Part shown: piece after piece, positions 1 through 8,136 of the stretch
How positions within the stretch are numbered: position 1 is the stretch's first letter
Layout of the letters: every line of letters starts with the position of its first letter
DNA from: Promethearchaeota archaeon
GTDB lineage: Archaea; Asgardarchaeota; Odinarchaeia; Odinarchaeales; JBHLKK01
Length of the DNA: 14,409 bases
Assembly: GCA_048939465.1 (NCBI GenBank)
Contig: JBHLPL010000046.1
Span: forward strand, 1-14,409
Direction: 5' to 3'
Made by a program: the position numbers and the translations under genes
The notes under the pieces: model-generated
Told to the model about the DNA's origin: nothing
Database searches by the model: none
Seen by the model: only the letters and a program-made list of their open reading frames with translations

Positions 1-2237
1 GGCTCTACACCCAATGCCAGGGCAGGCAACCCGTCAGTAACCAGATTTATCCATAATATCTGGATCGCAATAACCGGAAGCGGTAACCCGATTAGTGTTC
101 CGATGAACAATGTCAGGATCTCCCCGAAGTTTGTAGAGATTAGGTAACGCACTACTTTGGATATATTATCATAGATCATTCTCCCCTCTTCAATAGCGGC
201 AACAATTGATGCAAAATTATCGTCTGTCAGTATCATATCCGAAGCTTCTTTTGTAACCTCGGTTCCCGTGATTCCCATTGCCACTCCTATTTCTGCGCTT
301 TTGAGAGCAGGTGCATCATTTACTCCATCCCCTGTCATAGCGACAATCTGCCTCTTTTTCTTAAACGCTTTTACGATTCTCATTTTATGTTTTGGCGAGA
401 CCCTGGCAAAAACCGCTACTCTGTCTATAGTTCTTTCCAGTTCTTCATCGCTTATTTCATCCAATTCTACACCTGTAAGAACCAGGTCGCCGTCTCTCAT
501 TAAGCTCAGTTCTTTGGCTACGGCCATAGCCGTGATTTTGTGATCGCCGGTGATCATTATGGACCTGATTCCTGCCATCTTAGACAGTCTTAAGGCATCC
601 TTGACCTCCTTTCTTGGTGGATCCATCATCCCGCTTAAACCAACAAAGACAAGATCCTTTTCTACGGTTTCTGATGCAAATTGCGTCATCTTTTTGGGGA
701 GCTTCTTGAAAGCCATTCCCAAGACTCTTAACGCTTTTTCCGCCATTCCCTGATTTATCTGCAGGATCTGCTTCCGTTTTTCTTCAGTCAACTCGTTCAT
801 TTGACCGTTTTCATAAATGTGGCTGGAGAGCCCCAGAACTACTTCGACTGCTCCCTTAACGTACGCAACATTATTGCCTTCTGAAGTGCTATGGATAGTC
901 GTCATACGTTTTCTGTCGGAATCAAACGGAATTTCGATTTTCCGCTTAAACTTCTTTTCCAGTTCATCTTTCTGCAAACCTGCCTTAGCCGCAGCTACCA
1001 GCAGTGCCCCCTCGGTTGTGTCCCCTATTATCAGCCAGTGACCCTTCTCCTCATCGTATTCCAAGCTTGCATTATTACATAATGAATCTATTCTCAATAA
1101 GAGAGAAATACTCTCGTCATTCTTGGGATCAATCTCCTTTCCATCAAGATAGAATTTGCCTTCGGGCTTATAACCCACACCCGTTATCTGATACATCTTA
1201 TTATTCACATAAATCTCCCTTACAGTCATCTCGTTCTGAGTAAGGGTTCCAGTCTTATCAGAGCAAATCACTGTGGAGCAGCCTAATGTTTCGACTGCTG
1301 GTAGTTTCCTTATTATAACATTCCGTTTCACCATTCGCTGAACGCCCAAGGCAAGGGCCATTGTTACAATGGCTGGCAGCCCCTCAGGAATAGCTGCCAC
1401 TGCTAATCCTACAGCGATAAGAAACATTTCAAAAATGTTTAGTGCTCTCAGTACTCCGGTTAGAAAGACGACACCGCACAGGGCAAGTATGATTATTCCA
1501 AGATGCTTGCCCAAGTTGGCAAGCTTAACCTGAAGAGGTGTGGGCTCTCTCTCCGCCACTTGGATCATTTCAGCGATTTGACCAATTTCGGTCTTCATTC
1601 CAGTAGCTACTACAACCCCCTTTCCTCTACCGTAGGTCGAAACCGTTCCCATAAAAATCATATTCCCGCGGTCAGCCAGCGGTGTGTTTTCTGGGATAGC
1701 ATCTATGCCCTTGGATATTGCAAAAGACTCTCCTGTCAAGCTGGATTCATCAACTTTGAGACCGATGACATCGATGAGACGGCTGTCCGCAGGAACTCGG
1801 TCTCCAGTCTCTATAACTATTGTATCTCCTGGGACTATTTCTCGGGAAGGAAGTTCTGCCTCTTTGCCATCACGTATTACAATCGTTCTCGGTGTTGTAA
1901 GTTCTTTTAACGCCTCTAGTGCTCTTTCTGCTCGATATTCTTGTGTGAAGCCTACAATTGCATTAATAACAACTATAATCCCTATGACTACGGTGTCTAT
2001 TATTTCTCCCAAGAAGGCGGATATAGCCATCGCAACAAGGAGTATAATTACTAGATAACTCCTAAATTGCTCAAGGAAGATTCTGTAAGGGGATGTTCTT
2101 TTCTCTCCCCGTAATTCATTAAACCCGTATTTGACTAGTCGGTCCTTCGCTTCTATTCTGCTTAAGCCCTCCGGTCGGGTACCTAGCGCTTCCATTACTT
2201 CTTCCTTTGTCTTGGCATGCCATTTTCCTTCGCTCAA
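1..2237 (-). CDS. Cation (Ca2+)-transporting P-type ATPase, type IIA (SERCA/PMR1-like); partial, runs off the left edge
   Basis: Not in the ORF track because it is open at the edge; translated manually. TTG start at 2237 (MSEGKWHAKTKEEVMEALG; in-frame TGA just upstream at 2244-2246). Motifs: YGFNEL, DESSLTGES, M4 PEGLP, phosphorylation site DKTGTLT (1239-1259), MITGD, TGDGVNDAPAL, M5 RYLISTNFGE, M6 ILWINLVTDGLPALALGVE. Confidence 0.96.
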   Translation of the reverse strand, partial: MSEGKWHAKTKEEVMEALGTRPEGLSRIEAKDRLVKYGFNELRGEKRTSPYRIFLEQFRSYLVIILLVAMAISAFLGEIIDTVVIGIIVVINAIVGFTQEYRAERALEALKELTTPRTIVIRDGKEAELPSREIVPGDTIVIETGDRVPADSRLIDVIGLKVDESSLTGESFAISKGIDAIPENTPLADRGNMIFMGTVSTYGRGKGVVVATGMKTEIGQIAEMIQVAEREPTPLQVKLANLGKHLGIIILALCGVVFLTGVLRALNIFEMFLIAVGLAVAAIPEGLPAIVTMALALGVQRMVKRNVIIRKLPAVETLGCSTVICSDKTGTLTQNEMTVREIYVNNKMYQITGVGYKPEGKFYLDGKEIDPKNDESISLLLRIDSLCNNASLEYDEEKGHWLIIGDTTEGALLVAAAKAGLQKDELEKKFKRKIEIPFDSDRKRMTTIHSTSEGNNVAYVKGAVEVVLGLSSHIYENGQMNELTEEKRKQILQINQGMAEKALRVLGMAFKKLPKKMTQFASETVEKDLVFVGLSGMMDPPRKEVKDALRLSKMAGIRSIMITGDHKITAMAVAKELSLMRDGDLVLTGVELDEISDEELERTIDRVAVFARVSPKHKMRIVKAFKKKRQIVAMTGDGVNDAPALKSAEIGVAMGITGTEVTKEASDMILTDDNFASIVAAIEEGRMIYDNISKVVRYLISTNFGEILTLFIGTLIGLPLPVIAIQILWINLVTDGLPALALGVE

Positions 2238-2297
2238 AACCTGTCACATCAAGAAACTCAGATATCGGATTTGGGTTAAAATATTCACGTCCTCTCT

Positions 2298-2305
2298 TAT
2301 TTAAA
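2298..2305 (-). promoter_or_regulatory. Candidate TATA box (TTTAAATA) for the ATPase gene
   Basis: AT-rich archaeal TATA-like octamer about 60 nt upstream of the TTG start, in the serS-ATPase gap. Confidence 0.45.
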
Positions 2306-2323
2306 TATTAATAAGCGGCCATC

Positions 2324-2329
2324 AAAAAA
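2324..2329 (-). terminator. Oligo-T tract, possible archaeal intrinsic terminator of serS
   Basis: T6 on the minus strand 27 nt after the serS stop. Confidence 0.35.
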
Positions 2330-2356
2330 GGTCAATGAGCATGAAGTGCTGCTCCT

Positions 2357-3895
2357 CTAAGCTGATACTTCTGGAGGAGCAGGTAACGGCTCCACCATCT
2401 TTCTAACCTCTGCTGGCCAATCTTCGGGATTGAAACCATGTTGTGCTAAAAAGCCTGCAAGCCATCGTGTGGTTCCCAAACCTGTACATCCTGTCCAGAT
2501 TGGTTCTTTTGTTTCTAACTTGGTTGAGAATCCCTTAACATAATGCTGACCGTGTACATTGCAGGATGCTATCGCCATGCTTTCTTTTTTCTCCGGCGTA
2601 CTGCGGTAGGGTAGGGTGGCCCTAATCTCATATTTGGGAATATCCGGAAGCTCTATATCACGATCTTCTGCAAATCTACCGACTAGGTAAAACGGATCGT
2701 CACCAACTTCGGACCACCACTCCAGCTCCAGTATGTCATCGGCTACTCTCTCTGATTCTTTTAATGTCTGATCACGTATCTCCTCAACCATCTCGGGGGT
2801 TCCTGCCCAAACCAGCTCAATTCTCTGAAGCTCAAATACCCTTTCCAGTCCTTTTGCTCCTCCTGCCTCATATCGCCACGTATATCCGGAATGATCCATG
2901 AACTTTATTGGCAGCTTATCTCTTCTGATGGTCTTACCCCCAAGGTATTGGTAGAATGGTTCGCATTGTGCTGCTGCGAGTGCATAACCTGGGCTCTTCA
3001 GTCCTTTTCTCAGGAGATCATAGGGAATCTTGCGAGTAATGAAGAGCTTTGTTTTCAACTCCTCGAAGAGCTTCGGATCTCTTTCAGGGGATGAGACATA
3101 GAACATGCCTTCACAGATCCCCTCTAGATATCTCATCTTATCCATTATCTCTAATGGAATTAGCTTTGGAAATAAGCACTCCTGAAAGCCTAATTTTTCC
3201 CCAACTTCTTCTATCAAGATTCCTTCAATTACCCTGAACAGCTTGGCCAATGGAGCGGTGTAGAAATACTGCCCTTTTCCTGGGTATTCTTCAATCCATC
3301 CCAGCTCAAAGGCGGTTTGAGTTGGATCGCCTGAGAACTTGGGGACCCGGGGTTTTGATTTTGACACAACTGTTCCAGGAGCCACTTTGGTAGCTCTTTC
3401 AATCAGGGAAGGAAGGGCAAATGATTGAACCAGTCTGATTATACGGTCTATCTCGTATTCTCGCAGAACAGACTCATCGAGATCCTTAAACCGAATTACT
3501 ATGGAATCCGGAGTCACATTGACTTCTGAAACATAAGGTAATGACGGGAGTTCGTCCTCCAGAGGCCTTTCCAATGGAATCTCTATGACGTATTCATCGA
3601 CAAATATCTTACGCGCACCGATTTTATGCTTGGAGCCAGTTATGGCCGCTACAGCCTTGTGTATTCTGAGTATTGCAGTGTGTGCCCGAACATATCTTCC
3701 TGACTCTATAGTCAGACTCAGTTTATCATCCTTGATTCTCCAATTCACGATCCTTGCGGCTTCATCTAATTTGTCCTTGGGAATCCCTTTAGTAAGTAAT
3801 CTTTTATTGGCCTGTGTGATGAATTCCCTTATATCTGACTCGGCTCTTTCCAGATTGTCACTAAATGCTATATAGCCTTTCAACTTGAATTTCAT
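2357..3895 (-). CDS. serS: Seryl-tRNA synthetase, methanogen-type (type 2, zinc-dependent)
   Basis: 512 aa. N-terminal MKFKLKG..FS and IESGRYVRAH are characteristic of the methanogen-type tRNA-binding domain. Motif 1 FPKLIP; AQCEPFY; motif 2 WRYEAGGAKGLERVFELQRIELVW; motif 3 WTGCTGLGTTRW. SD GGAGTGA 7 nt before the ATG. Confidence 0.95.
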   Translation of the reverse strand: MKFKLKGYIAFSDNLERAESDIREFITQANKRLLTKGIPKDKLDEAARIVNWRIKDDKLSLTIESGRYVRAHTAILRIHKAVAAITGSKHKIGARKIFVDEYVIEIPLERPLEDELPSLPYVSEVNVTPDSIVIRFKDLDESVLREYEIDRIIRLVQSFALPSLIERATKVAPGTVVSKSKPRVPKFSGDPTQTAFELGWIEEYPGKGQYFYTAPLAKLFRVIEGILIEEVGEKLGFQECLFPKLIPLEIMDKMRYLEGICEGMFYVSSPERDPKLFEELKTKLFITRKIPYDLLRKGLKSPGYALAAAQCEPFYQYLGGKTIRRDKLPIKFMDHSGYTWRYEAGGAKGLERVFELQRIELVWAGTPEMVEEIRDQTLKESERVADDILELEWWSEVGDDPFYLVGRFAEDRDIELPDIPKYEIRATLPYRSTPEKKESMAIASCNVHGQHYVKGFSTKLETKEPIWTGCTGLGTTRWLAGFLAQHGFNPEDWPAEVRKMVEPLPAPPEVSA

Positions 3896-4224
3896 TCCGT
3901 ACTCACTCCAATTAATGAATATCCTGAAGCATAGCGAGGAAGAAAGCAGTGCCTAGACATTTCTTCACATGCTTCTTTTTGCGTCGAAGATAAATAATCT
4001 ATTTCTCGAACATAGGAAAGACGCTTAAAGCTATTATCTGCCCGTGTGATATATCGGGTTGAAGAAACTAGATCCCGCCATCGGTGTTCCAAACAGGTAA
4101 TGTTGCTGAATTGCGGTGGTTTGCGAGAACACGTTCCGTCTTGGTTTCTACTAGTCTTGTAAATGAGCCCATCATCTAGGGCTGAATCAAAATGAGATGA
4201 GACGATTGGCAGTGATACACTCAC
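3892..4224 (-). CDS. Doubtful Ser-rich hypothetical ORF (110 aa from GTG 4224; the ORF track extends it to 4254)
   Basis: GGAGG 4 nt before the GTG, TATA-like TTTATAT at about 4261-4267, stop overlaps the serS ATG (ATGA). The composition is not protein-like and no family was recognised. Confidence 0.2.
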   Translation of the reverse strand: MSVSLPIVSSHFDSALDDGLIYKTSRNQDGTCSRKPPQFSNITCLEHRWRDLVSSTRYITRADNSFKRLSYVREIDYLSSTQKEACEEMSRHCFLPRYASGYSLIGVSTE

Positions 4225-4312
4225 CTTTCCTCCATGGTGGTAATTACTCAGCAATGATGGATATAAATCTTATCGTCCGCTTCTTCTATTCGGCTTACTT
4301 CCTCTATTTAGC

Positions 4313-5437
4313 CTATATTGATATTCTCTCAGCTAGCCCACTCTTAAGAGCAAAGGTCGCGGTATCTGTAGCCATCTGACTGCGGACTTCTTTTGCTTCT
4401 TTAATGAAGGTTCTTAATGACTGCAAAACCCAACCAGTCACACCAACCCATTCTAAGATCAAACGGGTACATAGTAGTCGCTTGTATTTGATTTCCTGGA
4501 GTTTTAACCACAACAACTCATTTCGCAGTTTTCTTGTCGCATTCTCATCCAATTGATCAAGAATGAGTCTCGATGTGCTTTTGAATCTCCAGTTCTTTTC
4601 TAGCAACAGGCATACGTTTTCTAGAGTTGGTTTTGGCAGTATACTTTTAATCTGCTCATCATCTAGTTTCGGGGCAACAAGTTGACTTGCGAGTTTCATA
4701 AGCATCCTCTCCAACATTAATGCCTTGAACCCGTAGACTAAGTATACCGCACCTTGTTTATCTTTAAACAGATCATCCTCCTTTCTCATGAACCACATTT
4801 CATTGATGACGTCTATGATAGAATCTTGAGTCCTTACTTTCTTACTTTCTCCGCCAAGGGCAAAAGCTTGACTTATCCCGTCAATTATGGGCTCCCTTTC
4901 AGGGAGATAATCAGTTTCTCTACCTAGAAACTTGAGAAGCTGAGCGATTTCGCTTCCAAAATCATAGATAAATGCCCCCCGAATGAATTTCACCTTGTTC
5001 AGGTGGTTCTTCAGCCCGTCTTCTGCCTCTTGAGTCTCGAAGTTGAAATTGCCAGCAATCTGATAGAAAATCCTTAGTGCGGTTGATTTTGCGAAAAAGC
5101 GGACTGCCTCAATTGACGTCTCTGGCGAGAAGCCATTCCCCCGTGCGAGACTCATTATACTCTTGCCCTTCCCGATAAGGGACTTGTTCACAATAACGTC
5201 GTATTTGTTGCCTTTGATCAGATTAGGGTAGTAAAGTCTCTCCTCGTAAATTCTCGTCTTCTTCTCCCTTATGACAATCTGAACGTTGTTGCTTAATGTT
5301 ACTTGGGATCGTTTTAAGAATCCCTTCTCTTCTATGGTTTTTATACTGAGTTGAGGTAAAGCAATGCCTTTAGTCTCATGGAGGGCATTCAAAAACTCTT
5401 GAGTTACGATCTCTGAGCTGATTCTTCCATCACTCAA
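4313..5437 (-). CDS. Hypothetical protein, possibly a degenerate protein-kinase-like fold
   Basis: 374-aa ORF; TTG start with SD GGTGAT; weak kinase-like motif order (VIREK, EERLY, YPNLIK, IYDFG). The ORF is credible; the fold call is weak. Confidence 0.8.
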   Translation of the reverse strand: MSDGRISSEIVTQEFLNALHETKGIALPQLSIKTIEEKGFLKRSQVTLSNNVQIVIREKKTRIYEERLYYPNLIKGNKYDVIVNKSLIGKGKSIMSLARGNGFSPETSIEAVRFFAKSTALRIFYQIAGNFNFETQEAEDGLKNHLNKVKFIRGAFIYDFGSEIAQLLKFLGRETDYLPEREPIIDGISQAFALGGESKKVRTQDSIIDVINEMWFMRKEDDLFKDKQGAVYLVYGFKALMLERMLMKLASQLVAPKLDDEQIKSILPKPTLENVCLLLEKNWRFKSTSRLILDQLDENATRKLRNELLWLKLQEIKYKRLLCTRLILEWVGVTGWVLQSLRTFIKEAKEVRSQMATDTATFALKSGLAERISI

Positions 5438-5611
5438 AAGACTGTATCACCCTCTCTTCGCCATAAGTTGCCTGATTTAATTACAGAATAATAAAGATTA
5501 TTTATAGGAAAACCAAATAAAGATTATCCTTGTTCTCCTGCCATAAGAGAATAAAATCATTCAATATGGATACTTAAAAACTAGGAATATTAGACTTGTA
5601 TGAGGTGCTTT

Positions 5612-6604
5612 GTGCTGGAGGAAGATATTATCGCCGATATAGCTGGAGAAGAGGCTGACGAGGAAGAAGGAGAGATTCTCTATTCAGCAGAGGAACCTTA
5701 CTTCAAACTTAAGAAACAACTAAGATTGACTACCAAAGGGATAGGGATAATGTTTCCGAGAAAGCGAAGACTCCGCTCTGCTGAAGAAGTCTATTTCAAC
5801 CTGTTGTGGAAAAATATTAGTTCTTATGAAGTCTTGGAAGTCATTTTCAACTCTGAAAAGGATTCCCGTCCTAGTGATGAAGAACCTCCTAAGGATTTTA
5901 GATCAGAGGGGAAAACCGGCGAGTTCTTTGTTTTTGGATTCTCTAAGGATGAAACCTGGTTTGCAATGAATGTTTTTTTCCCCCTCAAAGACAGACCTAA
6001 AATTGAGGGGATTATGAGACGGTACGCTGGCCGACCGCCAGTCCCAGGTCTGGCGCACTATGGCAACCTAGCTGTTGTTAAGTATGTTCTTGACCACTGT
6101 AATGTTCTTGGAGAATACGAGATTAGTCTAGAGGACTTTATCTACTCTTCTAGGTTAGTGAAGCAAGCCGGGCTTGATCAGCTGTCACTCAAGCTTAAAG
6201 GAGATGAACCAAGCCCAGTTTTTAACGTGTGTAGCGAAGGCCTCGGGATTCTCTTTACGAAAGATAATATGATCGGACTGCAGCAAGGCTCAACCTTCTG
6301 GCCCTGGAGCAAGATTGAGGAAGTCTTCGAACATAAGGGTGCTATAATTGGCTTCAGATGGAAGGATGAACCTTACAGATTCGGACAGCTGGTTTCAGAT
6401 GACGATATGAGGACAGAAATCCTCGAAAAATGTAACGAGGCTCTTAACAGATATAACCCGAGGCTACATGCTTGGGACACATTCATTCGACCCAATTCAT
6501 TTCCTTCAAGATACACTGATACTTGGTTTGCTCTGGAGCCGATGGGATGTAAAGCAAGCAGAGATGGATTTCCTCCAAAGGCTAAGAATGCTCCTAGATC
6601 CTAG
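5612..6604 (+). CDS. Hypothetical protein with an acidic N-terminus and two possible PH-like/FERM-C-like domains
   Basis: Long ORF (track start 5600; GTG 5612 preferred because GAGGTG at 5602-5607 is an SD). Two segments follow the pattern beta-G-hydrophobic...W-x-x-I...helix (RLTTKGIGI..LLWKNISSY; NVCSEGLGI..WPWSKIEEV..EILEKCNEAL). The stop overlaps the convergent stop at CTAG 6601-6604. Confidence 0.8.
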   Translation: MLEEDIIADIAGEEADEEEGEILYSAEEPYFKLKKQLRLTTKGIGIMFPRKRRLRSAEEVYFNLLWKNISSYEVLEVIFNSEKDSRPSDEEPPKDFRSEGKTGEFFVFGFSKDETWFAMNVFFPLKDRPKIEGIMRRYAGRPPVPGLAHYGNLAVVKYVLDHCNVLGEYEISLEDFIYSSRLVKQAGLDQLSLKLKGDEPSPVFNVCSEGLGILFTKDNMIGLQQGSTFWPWSKIEEVFEHKGAIIGFRWKDEPYRFGQLVSDDDMRTEILEKCNEALNRYNPRLHAWDTFIRPNSFPSRYTDTWFALEPMGCKASRDGFPPKAKNAPRS

Positions 6605-8124
6605 TCTTGATTAGTTCCGGATGAATTCTCCTCAGGCCCTGTGTATCTCTTCGTAACATAATAATGTGCTATCAGGATTGATGTAACTATCGCTGCGATT
6701 AGGCCCCCAATGATAAGATAGACCCATTCTAGCCCACTTGTGCTACCTATTAAGGCAATCAGAATTCCCAGGTAGCCATAGAAGAATGCTCTCGGAAAAG
6801 CACCAACGGCGGTTGCAATCAAAAAACTCCTGAACCTCATTTTAGTCAGACCTGCACCGTAAGAGACTGCGTCAAATGGAATTAACGGAACAAGTCGGCC
6901 AATCAAAACTGCCCAGCCGCCCCATTTTATGAACCACTCATCAGCGAATCGAATACCTCTTTCTCCTATCAAGCGCAGGGCTATGGGTCTGCCTCCGAGT
7001 CTAGAAATATAGAACCCACACAGAGCCCCCGCACACTCTCCTAGTCCTCCAATCAAACCCGTCATTAAAAGCCCAGTCCAGAAACCATAGAGGCTGAAGA
7101 ATGCTCCCCCTCCAAACATTATTATAGCCTCCGAAGGGATTGGAGCTGCTACGGCCTGTACTATCATGACCGCGAAGAATCCTATTGGGCCGATTATGAT
7201 AATCAAGTTTATTAGCCAGTCTACCGCCACACTTGCAGCATTGACTATGGCATCAAGAATAGTCTGTCCTCCCCCTCCAACTAGAACGGGCATCGAAATT
7301 GCAGTAGCTATTAGCCCTAATATAATACAGAAGTAGGCGAAATTAATACGTCGAGAGAGTTTTGTAAGTCCCCCAACTGTTAGGAAACCTATAGCAAATG
7401 CCACCAAAATCATAATCAGAAGTGTAACCAAAGACAGTTCAGCAGAAGTGGGAACGCCATACACGGTGTAGTCCAAGATAACTCCGGCAAGAACGGCCGG
7501 TACGCTCATCATGAAGCTAAGTTTTAAGCTTTCGCTCTGGCCGTAACCTCTCCACAGCAAGGCAGCTATTGTAAATCCTGATCTGCTAATTCCTGGAAGA
7601 ATGGTAAGTCCTTGAACCAGTCCGATTATAAACGCATCCTTCCAGGACATATCAGAAATACGCCTATCGCCGAACATTCTTCTTGATATTAGAAGAGCTA
7701 TTCCTGTTATTATTAGCCCCACTCCCACCACAAGCATGGCGAAGTCCCCATAGACAGGGTTAAAAGAATTCATTATTAGAAGGTAAAGCGGTACGCCTAG
7801 GATTCCTGTGGCTATTGTTGATATCAGAAGAAACTGTCTTAGTTTTGAAGACTCTTCCGTGGTACCCTTAATCACCCCTAGAAAATCACTTCTATAGAAA
7901 ACAGCAACGGCACCTACGGTTCCAATGTGAAGCCACAATGCAATTGAAACGGCCATTGCGGGATCAATCCCCAGAAACGAGGTAAGGAGTAAGACTGACT
8001 GCCCCTCCGAGGATATCGGAAGCCATTCTATTAAACCCTGTAGAATGGCTAAAAGGAGAAATGCCCACAAGGTCTTATCCTTCCAACAAGGTTGTCCTAA
8101 ACCCTCGTTAAGTTCCACAGTCAT
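6601..8124 (-). CDS. uppP: Fusion: BacA/UppP polyprenyl-diphosphate phosphatase (aa ~15-282) + DedA/VTT (SNARE-associated) domain (aa ~288-490)
   Basis: UppP motifs QGLIEWLPISSEGQ, LHIGT and QGLTILPGISRSGFT; Gly4 linker (7267-7278); DedA motifs PIPSEAII.FGGG, WFIKWGGWAVLIGRLVPLIPFDAVSYGAGLTKMRFRSF. One continuous frame. Confidence 0.92.
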   Translation of the reverse strand: MTVELNEGLGQPCWKDKTLWAFLLLAILQGLIEWLPISSEGQSVLLLTSFLGIDPAMAVSIALWLHIGTVGAVAVFYRSDFLGVIKGTTEESSKLRQFLLISTIATGILGVPLYLLIMNSFNPVYGDFAMLVVGVGLIITGIALLISRRMFGDRRISDMSWKDAFIIGLVQGLTILPGISRSGFTIAALLWRGYGQSESLKLSFMMSVPAVLAGVILDYTVYGVPTSAELSLVTLLIMILVAFAIGFLTVGGLTKLSRRINFAYFCIILGLIATAISMPVLVGGGGQTILDAIVNAASVAVDWLINLIIIIGPIGFFAVMIVQAVAAPIPSEAIIMFGGGAFFSLYGFWTGLLMTGLIGGLGECAGALCGFYISRLGGRPIALRLIGERGIRFADEWFIKWGGWAVLIGRLVPLIPFDAVSYGAGLTKMRFRSFLIATAVGAFPRAFFYGYLGILIALIGSTSGLEWVYLIIGGLIAAIVTSILIAHYYVTKRYTGPEENSSGTNQD

Positions 8125-8136
8125 TTAAAAAGGTTC

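Noticed and set aside
268-2058. Plus-strand ORFs 268-543, 550-753, 817-1041, 891-1082, 1004-1243, 1503-1910 and 1684-2058
   Set aside because: Antisense shadows of the P-type ATPase; no motifs and no SDs.
2891-3875. Plus-strand ORFs inside serS
   Set aside because: Antisense shadows of a well-supported gene.
3905-4235. Alternative minus frame from ATG 4235 interrupted by one TGA and three TAG stops (possible recoding)
   Set aside because: The translation is not protein-like, and other genes here end in TAG normally, so there is no case for reassignment.
4213-4300. GAGGAAAG (minus) and CGGCTTA (plus) resembling RNase P RNA termini; ATGATG/CTGA resembling C/D boxes
   Set aside because: The motifs are on opposite strands or incomplete (no GAAAGTCC, no ACAGAA), and no properly spaced C/D pair exists.
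4197-4379. 60-aa plus-strand ORF
   Set aside because: Overlaps the end of the 374-aa gene on the opposite strand; no supporting signal.
7267-7281. GGAGG-like sequence in the Gly4 linker as a relic SD for a once-separate dedA
   Set aside because: No in-frame start at suitable spacing; Gly codons explain the sequence.
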